From the NCBI GenBank assembly GCA_002269645.1, contig NIVC01000132.1, forward strand, positions 62,001 through 126,000: a DNA stretch of 64,000 bases, given 5' to 3'. Below are positions 22,915 to 34,116 of this stretch, one piece after another. The stretch is from Macrostomum lignano. Taxonomy: Eukaryota. The notes under the pieces were generated by a model. That model was not told where the DNA came from, made no database searches, and worked only from the letters and a program-made list of their open reading frames with translations. The translations under genes were made by a program, and so were the position numbers. Within the stretch, counting starts at the first letter, position 1. Every line of letters starts with the position of its first letter.

Positions 22915-23823
22915 ATGAAGAGCAGCGAGCACCAGCAATCGGCAGCAGCAAAGTCTGCGGGCTCACCGTCCCTCAAGCATGCCAAGGTTGTGACAGAAGC
23001 GCCAGCTCATCAACAACAGGCAAAACTGGCAGCATCGCCGTCTCGCCAGCAGGCCAAAGTGGTCTCGGGAGCAGATGCAGAAGCCACAAGTCAACCGACG
23101 AGGAGTGCAAATGGACCAACGCGCGCAATGGCAGGTGCCATGGAGATCGAGCGCTTGGAGGTAGGAAGCAACTTCTCCAGGTGGTTCGACAGATTTTCAA
23201 TCGTTGCGCAGTTCTATGCATGGGATGCGACAGCGATGGCCCAGATGCTTTTGATGCGTCTTTCCACGGCCCTGTATGACTCACTGGCCGACCAGGCCTC
23301 GCCCAAGAAGCCTAGTGAACTGTCATTCACAGAAATAGAGCAGAGTCTGCGTGGTATCTTGGTTCCAGCCACATTCGTCTTGGCGGAGAGATATTCTTTC
23401 CAGCAGTGCTCTCGGAAGTCTGGGGAGGACGTTCGCGCGTACGCAGAAAGAGTCCTAAAGGCTGCCGAGAAGTGCCAATTCAAGGATAAAGATGAACGGC
23501 TAAGAGACCAGTTCATCTGCGGACTGGCTGACCAAAATGTGATCGGCAAGCTGCTGGTCAAGGACCATCTGGAGCTCAGCTTCAAGGATGCAGTTTCTGA
23601 GGCCGAGGCACATTCAGCACTCATATCTACAGATATTATGAAAAGCGCGCCGAGATCCGAGAGAGCCGCGGTCATGAAAATAGGGATGTTCAAGCCCAAG
23701 TCCAGATCGCAGCCCAAAGGAGCAAACAGGCAGCAGTCACAAAGCCAAAGTTCATCGTGTTTGCGCTGTGGAACTATCCATGGAAAGGAATCGTGTCCAG
23801 CCTACGGAAAGACGTGCCCTTAA
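22915..23823 (+). CDS. gag: Retrotransposon gag, ending inside the double Zn-knuckle
   Basis: Gag core (ERYSFQQCSRKSGEDVRAY, LRDQFICGL) and CLRCGTIHGKESCPAYGKTC; the second knuckle KCGKQNHFQKMC continues in the +1 frame. Confidence 0.88.
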   Translation: MKSSEHQQSAAAKSAGSPSLKHAKVVTEAPAHQQQAKLAASPSRQQAKVVSGADAEATSQPTRSANGPTRAMAGAMEIERLEVGSNFSRWFDRFSIVAQFYAWDATAMAQMLLMRLSTALYDSLADQASPKKPSELSFTEIEQSLRGILVPATFVLAERYSFQQCSRKSGEDVRAYAERVLKAAEKCQFKDKDERLRDQFICGLADQNVIGKLLVKDHLELSFKDAVSEAEAHSALISTDIMKSAPRSERAAVMKIGMFKPKSRSQPKGANRQQSQSQSSSCLRCGTIHGKESCPAYGKTCP

Positions 23824-25726
23824 GTGTGGAAAGCAAAATCATTTCCAGAAAATGTGCCGTTCAAAAATTAATGTCACCAGCCAAAAAAGGAATGCTTCGG
23901 TTCAACACCTAAGCGAGCAGTCAGACCCTGTCTTCATGATTGGAGCAGTTTCAAAAGAAGCTGTCTCTCAGGATGCCATCACAGTAACACTGGATTTCTT
24001 GTCATCAAATGACAAAACATCAATTCCATGCCAAGTGGACACCGGGGCAGCAGTGTCCGTCATGTCAGATCGAGTCTGGAGGCAAATCGGTAGTCCAGAA
24101 CTGCAGCCTAGTGGCATCAAGCTAACGGGATACACGGATGCGCATCAGTTCAAAATGTTGAGCCATTTCATCGGCAAAGTTAGCTATCAAGGAAAAGTGC
24201 ATCGATTACCTTTTAAAGTTATTCGATCTGATCGCTTGTTCGCACTACTCGGTAGGGATGTTTTAACCATAGAGATTGACTTCGCGAAGGCATATGCAAG
24301 CGATGTGGCTAATGGCAATGCCGGGTTTCAAGCGAGGCTACAACTCATTCCGGATGCACAACCTAAATATATCAAGGCGCGGCCCATACCGTTTGCTTAC
24401 AAGGATCGCTTGAAGGAGGAGATTGACAAGCTGCAAGCAGATGGAATCATTGAGCCTATGACTTTTTCTCAGTGGGCATCACCAATAGTTATCGTCCCCA
24501 AGGCTGATAGCAGGCTAAGACTCTGTGTGGATTACAAGCAAACATTAAACCCACAGTTAATGAAGGATAGTCACCCCACACCGACTCCTGAAGAGGCTTT
24601 TAGTACAGTGGCAGGATGCCGGCTTTACACGATATTGGATTTGAAAGCCGCGTACAATCAAGTTGAACTTGATGAGGATTCCAAACCTCTCACTGTCATG
24701 TCTACGCCCTTTGGGAATTACCAGTACAACCGTCTGGTGTTTGGGATTCGGACAGCTCTGAGCATATTTCAACGCTACATCAGCCATGTAATCCAGGGTA
24801 TTGAAGGTTCAATCGCCTACGTTGATGATATTCTGATTGGTGGTGAATCAGAGAAGCAACTTAAATATCGCGAGGATCAAGTGAGAGAACGTCTTGAGCA
24901 GCATGGCCTTAAGGTTAACGAAGAGAAATGCCAGATTTGTCAGTCTCGTGTGCGTTTCTTAGGGTTTATCTTGGACAGTGGCTTGATTCGACCGGATCCT
25001 GAGAAAGTGAGAGCTCTTCGGGAGATGGAAGTCCCAGAGTCGATGGCAGAACTGGAATCATTCATTGGGCTCGTCCGTTTTAGTGGACGATTTGTGCCAA
25101 ATCTGTCACACTACCTTGAACCGCTAACTAGATTAATGTGCAAAAGAAATGATTTTCAATGGGGATCTGAGCAAGATGAGGCATTCATGCGGATCAAGTC
25201 CATGCTGACGGAAAATACAGCTCTGGCAAATTACGACCCGAAGAAACCTGTGACGTTGGAGTGTGACGCTTCCCAAAAAGGACTGGGCGGAGTTCTGATT
25301 CAAGACAACATGCCCGTTTTGTACATCAGTAAGAGACTGTCGGAAGCTGAGAAAAAATATTCTCAGATCGAGAGGGAGGCTCTAGCAATTATCTGGTCAA
25401 CGCAAAGGTGCCAGCGGTTTCTTGCAGGGCGTCACTTCACTCTAATCACGGATCACAGACCGCTTACGTACATTTTTGGTCCAAACGAAGGCTTGCCTAT
25501 GCGCGTGTCAGCACGACTGCAGAGGTGGGCGATATCGTTGATGGCTTTTGACTTTACTATCGAATATCAGAGGTCAAAATTTATGAAATCAGATGCCTTG
25601 TCACGATTGTTAAGGGATGATACAGTGCAGACATACACCGTCGGGAGTATCGAACTACCTTCAACAATCATATCTGCTGAGGAGGTAAAAAACAATCAAT
25701 GGATTGCCCAGAAATTTTTCTGCTGA
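23821..25726 (+). CDS. pol: Retrotransposon pol part 1: end of Zn-knuckle, aspartic protease, reverse transcriptase, RNase H
   Basis: VDTGA (protease), YVDD (RT), DAS / EREALA / TDHRPL / DALSR (RNase H). Confidence 0.92.
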
Positions 25727-26835
25727 AAGAAGCTATTCGGTCCGGTAACTTCAACCATCCTAGTATTCGTCCTTTTAAGGCAGTTGCGGATGAACTAACG
25801 ATTGAGTCAGACATTGTCATCAGGGATACGCGAATCGTTCTGCCGAAGAGTCTGAGGTTTTCTGCAATTCAGACAGCACACAGCACCCATTTGGGCATAG
25901 ATCGAACTTTGTCACTTTTGAGATCCCAGTTCTGGTGGCCCGGTTTAAATAAAGACGTGAAACAGCACATCGGAAGCTGCGTAACCTGTAAGATGGTTAA
26001 GCCACGCAATCGAAGCTTCCTGACATCTTGGCCAACAGCCACGGAGCCATACGAGCGTGTACATGCTGATTTTGCAGGTCCTATAGACGGCCAGTACTTG
26101 CTAATACTTGTGGATGCAATGTCCAACTACCCAGAAGTACATTTGACAACCAATATGGAATCGTCGACAGTAATTTCCAGATTTCGAAGGACGTTTTCGC
26201 AGTGGGGCGTACCAAAGACTCTTGTGACTGATAATGGGTCCAGCTTCGTCTCAGCGGAGACAACGCAATGGTTGAAAGCTATTGGTTGCAACCATGTAAC
26301 AACACCTCCGTACCACCCTCAGAGTAATGGGGTGGCTGAACGATTTGTCCGTACTGTGAAAGAATCTGTGTCAGCATTAGGTTTGAGTCAACAAAACATT
26401 GACAGATTCCTGCTGTTTTATCGATCATCAAAAGGAAACGATGGCCGTACACCGTCGGAGAAATTTTTAGGTCGAAACATTCGGACTCCTTTGATGTCGG
26501 ATTTTTCTGGAGATGACGAGGTCGTGTACAAGACAGAAAGAGCTACGTCGTTGGCTAGAGTCGTCATACCGACTGGTCGAAACACGGCTATTATCAAGCT
26601 CAACAACGGCGTGTACAAAAAGGCACACCGGGACCAGATGCAAAGTTTCCAGTCTGGTGGCGACAAGGGCACTGACTCGGAACAACTGGTTGCTGACGGT
26701 GCTAGTGAGGTGAATCAACCTCTAGATACGTTCCCTAGAGAACCAGAGCCGGTGCAGGAGCCGGAGCAGCAGCAACCGCAACCTCGGAGAAGTGAAAGAC
26801 TGTTGACTAAGCCAAGAGTGCATTACAAAGAATGA
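25687..26835 (+). CDS. pol: Retrotransposon pol part 2: integrase (-1 frame relative to RT-RH)
   Basis: HHCC motif (AHSTHLG...CVTC), DDE core (HADFAGP, TDNG, SNGVAER) and a RRSER-type C-terminus. Confidence 0.92.
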   Translation, partial: KKQSMDCPEIFLLKEAIRSGNFNHPSIRPFKAVADELTIESDIVIRDTRIVLPKSLRFSAIQTAHSTHLGIDRTLSLLRSQFWWPGLNKDVKQHIGSCVTCKMVKPRNRSFLTSWPTATEPYERVHADFAGPIDGQYLLILVDAMSNYPEVHLTTNMESSTVISRFRRTFSQWGVPKTLVTDNGSSFVSAETTQWLKAIGCNHVTTPPYHPQSNGVAERFVRTVKESVSALGLSQQNIDRFLLFYRSSKGNDGRTPSEKFLGRNIRTPLMSDFSGDDEVVYKTERATSLARVVIPTGRNTAIIKLNNGVYKKAHRDQMQSFQSGGDKGTDSEQLVADGASEVNQPLDTFPREPEPVQEPEQQQPQPRRSERLLTKPRVHYKE

Positions 26836-26860
26836 ACTGTAAACTTTTGAAGTGGGGAGG

Positions 26861-27102
26861 TGCTGCGGGCTGGCTTTTGCCCGAGCAGATTTAAGTTTAT
26901 TTTTAACTGAAATATGATCATAGACTATTTCATTTGCCTGTATTGAGCACAAGAGCCTAACTAAAGGCAAACCGCTTGGAAATAAGTAAAATAAAATATA
27001 AAGTTAAACGTGGCCAAGCAGACATTGGCAAAAGAAAGGCCGAAGGTATTACGGCGCATATTCAGGGCATTAAGCCCAGTGTTTCAGTACAGACCTGTAA
27101 CA
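26861..27102 (+). repeat. 3' LTR
   Basis: Preceded by the polypurine tract; identical to the 5' LTR by eye. Confidence 0.95.
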
Positions 27103-27850
27103 CCTCTGTCTCCCTCTCTGTCTCCCTCTGTCTCCCTCTCTGTCTCCTCTCTGTCCCCCTTTGTCTCCCTCTCTGTCTCCTCTCTGTCCCCCTTTGTCTC
27201 CCTCTCTGTCTCCCTCTCTGTCTCCTCTCTGTCCCCCTTTGTCTCCCTCTCTATCTCCCTCTCTGTCTCCCTCTCTGTCTCCCTCTCTGTCTCCCTCTCT
27301 GTCTCCCTCTGTCTCCCTCTGTCTCCCTCTCTGTCTCCTCTGTCCCCCTTTGTCTCCCTCTCTGTCTCCCTCCCTGTCTCCTCTCTGTCCCCCTTTGTCT
27401 CCCTCTCTATCTCCCTCTCTGTCTCCCTCTCTGTCTCCCTCTCTGTCTCCCTCTGTCTCCCTCTGTCTCCCTCTCTGTCTCCTCTGTCCCCCTTTGTCTC
27501 CCTCTCTGTCTCCCTCTCTGTCTCCTCTCTGTCCCCCTTTGTCTCCCTCTCTGTCTCCCTCTCTGTCTCCCTCTCTGTCTCCCTCTCTGTCTCCCTCTCT
27601 GTCTCCCTCTCTGTCTCCCTCTCTGTCTCCCTCTCTGTCTCCCTCTCTGTCTCCTCTCTGTCCCCCTTTGTCTCCCTCTCTGTCTCCCTCTGTCTCCCTC
27701 TCTGTCTCCCTCTCTGTCTCCCTCTCTGTCTCCTCTCTGTCCCCCTTTGTCTCCCTCTCTGTCTCCCTCTGCCTCCTTCTCTGTCTCCCTCTCTGTCTCC
27801 CTCTCTGTCTCCCTCCCTCTCTCCCTTTCTCTGTTTTCCTCTCTGTCTCC
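27103..27850. repeat. (CTCTGTCTCCCT)n minisatellite, right part
   Basis: Same array as 22398-22645, split by the LTR insertion. Confidence 0.93.
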
Positions 27851-28574
27851 CTTTCTAGTCTGACTCTTATATTCCCAATACACATTTTTGAGTACCCAAT
27901 CTCTCTGATTCCCTCTCCTTCTCCAACTCTCCCAAGTCAGACCGGTTGGATTCAAGGGAAATTTGTCCGAACAGAAATTTCTACGAAAAAGAAGATTTGT
28001 TAAAATGCAAAGAGAGCCCCCCCCCCCGACCTTCATTAGCCAGGTTGGTCAGGCGTGGCCGGGCAGTGGGGCGATGGTCAATTTGTATTTCTTATTTAAA
28101 AAATACTCAACGACTGCAGGTGCGCCGGGTAGAAACAAAAAAGAAACTAATGAGGTGTGAAAGCAATATTTTCCTTCCAAATTCTCGCGCACAGGTGTGC
28201 TTTCCCGATCGAGTGGATTAATAATTATTCGACAATAATTATTGCCGAATATTCTCGATTGCACCTGTTGGGGAAATCTGTGAAAATTGTGCTTATTTGG
28301 CCAACAAAATGCAAAACAATATCCGAATAATATAGGATATTTAGTTCAGGTTTGTAGCTGCTTGTGACATGTGATTTCGGCAAAGAGAAAAATATTTTGC
28401 AATGAAAAAGCTTCAATTTTAAAAAGTGATTTTGTTTTAATTTAAAACTTTGAATTCTGGAAAGGGTTTTTTTAAAGTTCTTGAAAATGATTTTGAACTC
28501 CGGAAAATTATTCTGAACTCTGGAAAATATTTTTTTAACTTTTGGAACCGATTTGAAATTCAAGTAATGATTTT

Positions 28575-29012
28575 GAAATCCGGGAAATTATTTGGAATTC
28601 CGGGAAATGATTTTGAATTCTGGGAAATGATTTTTGAATTCTTGGAAATGATTTTGAATTCGGGGAAATTATTTGGAATTCCGGGAAATGATTTTGAATT
28701 CTGGGAAATGATTTTGAATTCTTGGAAATGATTTTTGAATTCTGGGAAATGATTTTGAATTCTGGGAAATGATTTTTGAATTCTTGGAAATGATTTTGAA
28801 TTCAGGGAAATGATTTTGAATTCTTGGAAATGATTTTGAATTCCGGGAAATGATTTTGAATTCTGGGAAATGATTTTGAATTCCGGGAAATGATTTTGAA
28901 TTCCGGGAAATGATTTTGAATTCCGGGAAATGATTTTGAATTCCGGGAAATGATTTTGAATTCCGGGAAATGATTTTGAATTCCGGGAAATGATTTTGAA
29001 TTCTCGGAAATG
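28575..29012. repeat. 20-bp minisatellite (TTCCGGGAAATGATTTTGAA)n
   Basis: Exact period of 20 at 28841-29000; degenerate towards the 5' end. Confidence 0.94.
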
Positions 29013-29833
29013 ACTCCAACTTCAACTCGAAGTTCTCCCCATCCATCGGCGCCGCCCGGCCAGGCTCCGCCGTCGCCCCACCGCCAGCCAGCAAGCGAGC
29101 CGCCCTGCCGCCATCTGAGGCCAAAGCGGCCGTGCTGCGCATGCGCCGCAGCCTGCTACTCGGCGCCATGGAGTCCGGCATGCCAGCCGCGCGTCGGCGC
29201 CGTCGAAAACGCGACCTGGTCGAATTCAGCCCGGAGGAGTACCGGCAGCTGGCCGCCATGCTGGCCAGCCAGCCAGTCGGCGGCTACGTCGAAGACGCCG
29301 AAGGCAACATCCGGCTGGCCGCCGACGATCGCGACAGCGCCGATCCCGAGGCGGCCGCCGAGGAGCGGGCCGAACCGGCCGTCGACGTCGATGACTACGA
29401 CAACAATGACGCCGGCGGTCTCTTTGAAGGCTGGGCCGAGGAGCCCGTCAGGGACGACAACTTCCCTGGCGAGGAGAAAGAGGAGGAGGAGGACGGATCT
29501 GGGCGAGAAAAGTTCAGCGAAACCGCCGACCTGTCATCGATGCTGCCACCGCCGCCACCTCCGCCACCTCCGCCGCCGCCGCCGCTGCCGCCGAGCCGAC
29601 AGCCGCTGACGATGTTCCTGGTGCGCATGGCGGGCGTGAAGGGCCTGTTCGTGCCGCTGGACCAGGACCGCGCCGAGCAGATGGCCGACGAGCTCACCGG
29701 AGAGGCAGCCATCGCTGAGGCCGCCGAAGCTCAGGCCGAGGCCGAGCGGCGCTCGCAACTCGAGGCGGCCGGCGTGGCCGAGCTAAAGCGATTCGCCGAG
29801 AAGTTGGCCAGGCGCGTCCCGCCCGGCTACTGA
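29000..29833 (+). CDS. GC-rich coding exon of an unknown acidic, prohormone/granin-like protein (5' end not visible)
   Basis: Open frame 29000-29833 with strong GC3 bias. Contains RRRRRKR followed by DLVEFSPEEY, an acidic region, poly-Pro and C-terminal KR...RRVPPGY*. No convincing start or upstream exon found. Confidence 0.6.
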   Translation: MLGNDSNFNSKFSPSIGAARPGSAVAPPPASKRAALPPSEAKAAVLRMRRSLLLGAMESGMPAARRRRRKRDLVEFSPEEYRQLAAMLASQPVGGYVEDAEGNIRLAADDRDSADPEAAAEERAEPAVDVDDYDNNDAGGLFEGWAEEPVRDDNFPGEEKEEEEDGSGREKFSETADLSSMLPPPPPPPPPPPPPLPPSRQPLTMFLVRMAGVKGLFVPLDQDRAEQMADELTGEAAIAEAAEAQAEAERRSQLEAAGVAELKRFAEKLARRVPPGY

Positions 29834-29854
29834 GCTGCCGAGGTGAGCTGTGTT

Positions 29855-30730
29855 TCTGATCTCACTCTTGATCTCACTCTTGATCTCACTCTTGATCTCA
29901 CTCTTGATCTCACTCTTGATCTCACTCTTGATCTCACTCGTGATCTCACTCTTAATCTCACCCGTGATCTCATTCTTGATCTCACTCTTGATCTCACTCT
30001 TGATCTCACTCTTGATCTCACTCTTGATCTCACTCTTAATCTCACTCTTGATCTCACTCTTGATCTCACTCACGATCTCACTCTTGATCTCACTCACGAT
30101 CTCACTCTTGATCTCACTCTTGATCTCACTCTTGATCTCACTCTTGATCTCACTCTTGATCTCACTCTTGATCTCACTCACGATCTCACTCTTGATCTCA
30201 CCCGTGATCTCACTCTTAATCTCACCCGTGATCTCACTCTTGATCTCACTCTTGATCTCACTCTTGATCTCACTCTTGATCTCACTCTTGATCTCACTCT
30301 TGATCTCACTCTTGATCTCACTCTTGATCTCACTCTTGATCTCACTCACGATCTCACTCTTGATCTCACTCACGATCTCACTCTTGATCTCACCCGTGAT
30401 CTCACTCTTGATCTCACCCGTGATCTCACTCTTGATCTCACCCGTGATCTCACTCTTGATCTCACCCGTGATCTCACTCTTGATCTCACTCTTGATCTCA
30501 CCCGTGATCTCACTCTTGATCTCACTATTGATCTTACTCAGGATCTCACTCTTGTTCTCACTCTTGATCTCACTCTTGATCTCACTCTTGATCTCACTCT
30601 TGATCTTACTCAGGATCTTACTCTTGATCTCACTCTTGATCTCACTCTTGATCTCACTCTTGATCTCACTCTTGATCTCACTCTTGATCTCACTCTTGAT
30701 CTCACTCATGATCTCACTCTTGATCTCACA
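29855..30730. repeat. 12-bp minisatellite (GATCTCACTCTT)n
   Basis: About 73 units; 4-codon periodicity (DLTL / SEIK). Confidence 0.97.
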
Positions 30731-31109
30731 ATTCCGGTCATTCGATGGAGGTCCCCAAGGAACGAAGGTCTGCGGCCGCACGCAACCCAGCACGATGCGC
30801 TCCTAATTGAATAGTTTATGAAAAGCTGAGACAGACAGGCTTAAATCTGATTGAATATTTTAAGTGTCGTTCAAAAAAACATCCGCCGGCCTGCCCGCGT
30901 GTCAAACGAACAAAAATATAAGTTTGAAAAATAAAATAAAGTTCAATGCTTATACGAGCGTAAAACTGCAGTGAAAACTAATACGCGGTGACAATAATTT
31001 TGAGCAGCATCAGCAAAACTCACACGGCTGTGTTTTTGATTTGTTTCTTTTCCGCTTTTAAATTTCATGGTTAGCATTTGTAGTCTACTGAGAGTAGAAA
31101 TAAAGGGTT

Positions 31110-31410
31110 TTCTAAGAAATGAGCCGGAGCTAGGTCGATTTTCTTAGAAATGAGCTAGAGCTAGGTCGATTTTCTTAGAAATGGGCTGAATCTATGTCGA
31201 TTTTCTTAGAAATGATCTGGAGCTAGGTCGACTTTCTTAGAAATAAGTTGGAGCTAGGTCGATATTCTTAGAAACGAGTTGGAGCTAGGTCGATATTCTT
31301 AGAAACGAGTTGGAGCTAGGTCGATATTCTTAGAAATGAGCTGGAGCAAGGTCGACTTTCTTAGAAATGAGCAGTAGCTAGGTCGATTTTCTTAGAAATT
31401 AGCTGGAGGT
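31110..31410. repeat. 31-bp minisatellite (TTCTTAGAAATGAGCTGGAGCTAGGTCGATT)n
   Basis: About 10 diverged copies; related to single-copy sequence at 3036-3070. Confidence 0.9.
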
Positions 31411-32150
31411 CGGTAAGGAACGTATATCTGTCATATCTCTAATGCGCTTAGTACATGTATGCTCTAAAGAACGAGCATTAGCTGAATATAGAAAATAAAT
31501 AGAATCAAAATGATTTTTCCTTGCTTTTCTTATCGGCCTCCAGTTAATTTCTAAGAAAGTCAAGTGTAGCGTCCTTCTACCAAGGACTACTAAGTAAATT
31601 CGGGAGGCGGAACTTCAACTTGGTAGGAATTTTTTCAAGGCCCGCCCAGAAAGCATTCTCTATGATAAAAAAGTCTGTAAGTATTTAGCGTAAAAGTTCT
31701 GCGTCCTGAGTTTTTCAGTAGTTCTTGCCTTCTACTTCAGTTGTGCTTGGTATTTTTGATAGGCCTTCAAAATGTTTCTAAGAAATTGTCCTCTCGTTTA
31801 TATTCTAGAATAATTACAGATTTGTTTCTTCATTTTCTAAAAAGAAAGTTAAAACAAAGGCCAGTAAAAATAGAATTTATACAGATTGAACAAATCAATC
31901 GTATTACCGCTAATTACATAATTGCATCATCACTGAGCCCATTAGCATCGCATTGATGTGCAATGTTTGAGCAGAATAATGTGTATTTAGACCGCTATAC
32001 AATGTACTGTATACAGTTATGGATTGGCAAGAAAAATTTACAGGTGCAAAAATTAAATCAATTATTATATATTTACAAAGGAAATTATGATATGTACAGT
32101 TATTGCCACCAGCTTGATGCTGACTGATTGACAGATTCTGTTCGATGCAG

Positions 32151-32330
32151 TCACCGAACTGCAGCAATGGCTGGAGCGTCACTCGATCGCAGGTACTTGG
32201 CGATGTCAGCCCTGAGCCGGTCGAACGTCTGCGACAGAGAAGTTGAAGACAACCGCCGGCGCCTCTGACAGGCGGTCTCGTTGTAGAAGTACCAGACCGT
32301 CACCTCCTTGCTGAATCGGACAGACTTCAT
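32151..32330 (-). CDS. Putative 59-aa PP1-docking microprotein (MKSVRFSKEVTVWYF...), PPP1R15/ICP34.5-like motif
   Basis: GC-rich island within AT-rich DNA; VRFSxxVTV motif; TATATATA box at 32413-32420, about 80 nt upstream of the ATG. Could alternatively be a terminal exon. Confidence 0.5.
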   Translation of the reverse strand: MKSVRFSKEVTVWYFYNETACQRRRRLSSTSLSQTFDRLRADIAKYLRSSDAPAIAAVR

Positions 32331-34116
32331 TAGTAGTAACAAAATTTGTGTTTCAAATCTTTGAAAAGGCGAGTTTTTTTAAAAGGCCCGTTTTGCGGCT
32401 GCTTGTCAGAGGTATATATAGTCTTATTGCGCTGTTATTGTTTAGCCCTGCGTGTTGGGGTGGGCGGCTGGGGGTTAATACACTAACTAAATAGCTGTAG
32501 GCGCGAGGCGGCTTCTTCTTGTCAGCTGCAACTTCTCCGCGCGGCCCCTGAGCTCCGCTGACTCTCGCCTCTCGTACCCTGCGTGTTTATAATATAAGAA
32601 GACAGGCAGCAGTGTGAGACACAAATCGTGAATCAGAATGGTTTAGCAGAATTGGGAAAGGCTTCAATTTAGGCAGGGCCAAGCTGTATATGTCTTTTGT
32701 TTCTCATGCACAACACAATTTTAAGGTGGACTAGTGAGTGACCGAAGGATCTATTTTTGGGCTTAACAATAGCAAGTACTAGTACATAGTATATTCCCTT
32801 TATAGTCTAAGTGAAGCCCGCACAACTGCACAATAAAGAGCTGTTCAATAAAAGATTCACATATAGAGATCGGGGGCCCAACTTCAGTAAACAATTCTCC
32901 TATTATTACATTGACACAGGAAAAAAACATTATATTGACACAAGTTAAAAAATACCAGCTCATAGTACCTAAAAATGCTTCAAGTTCTGTGAAGGAGAGC
33001 CGAGAGGATTTGCGCCAGAAATGCCCTGCACTTCTCATATCCGTTTGTAAAGACTCCGGATTTCTTCTAATATTGCTGCAGCTATTTTAATTTTGACAGA
33101 TCCGCATTTAAGCAACGCAGACAATATATTGTTTCGCGTAGCATATAATTATTGGGGAAGGGGGGTTGGACACTTCAATTCAAAAAGAAGTCTTGGCAAA
33201 ACTTCGTCTAGCAGCTGTCTGTTTACTTGAGTGGAGTAGCCTTTAGCCATCACAGCTGAAGCCGGGGACCGCTAGCGACTTATATTATACTCCTCTGCGC
33301 GGCCTTCATCAAGCCCATATTGACGCAGTTGGACAATAGCTCAGTCTGTTTAATTTGTAACTAAAAAGTTTTTGTCTGGGCAGGGACGTCGTTATGGATT
33401 TTATTTGTGAGGGGCACAAAGCCAAGTATTTTACATGCATATGACTAAATTCCAACATGTTATTTTGAGAATCGAGAGGTGTTATTAGCGCTGATTTTAG
33501 CGCCGCAGGTAGGCACTTATTTTGACGCCCTGAAGCAGAATTAATTGGCATGTCGTCGAAGTCCAGCTTTTACTAGGGGGAAGGGGTTTACGACGCCCCT
33601 GGTGTGCTGGACAACATGTCATGTACATGTACATCTGGGTGTAATTCTACATGTACAAGCCATTTGCACTGTCAATGACGTATAGTGCTTAGTGCTTTAT
33701 TTTAACAAATAATTTTAGATTTTTCAACCTCAAGTATGCGATGCGATTACATATACATCACCTATGATGTACATGTAGGGGATAAGAATTTTAGCAACGG
33801 TCTGCAGCTCTGCAGCACATGCACAAAATCCTGTCAGTTTTTTCGACTCAATGCATTGCATGCACAGTGTGTTGTGTACATGTAAGTCTGTTCAGTTCGG
33901 AGTAGCTATTCGAAATAAATCTAGGCACCTTGTGCCCCTCCGCGAGCTCTCGACAAAAGGCTCCGTCTTTATTATTTCCTTTTTAGATCCATCGCTATCT
34001 TACCAAGGACCACTAGGAACACTTCGTCTAGTAGTCCTTGTATCTTACTCGAGAGTCTCCTCTCAGTGATGCTCACATGAACAGGCTAGCAAACGCCGTA
34101 TATACAAATAGATATT

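Larger units (their letters stand above)
22646..27102 (+). mobile_element. Full-length Ty3/Gypsy LTR retrotransposon (Mag-like)
   Basis: 242-bp LTRs at 22646-22887 and 26861-27102 (TG...CA, identical by eye); 5-bp TSD CCTCT; PBS-like TGGCGTCGC right after the 5' LTR; PPT GAAGTGGGGAGG; gag-PR-RT-RH-IN order. Confidence 0.96.
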
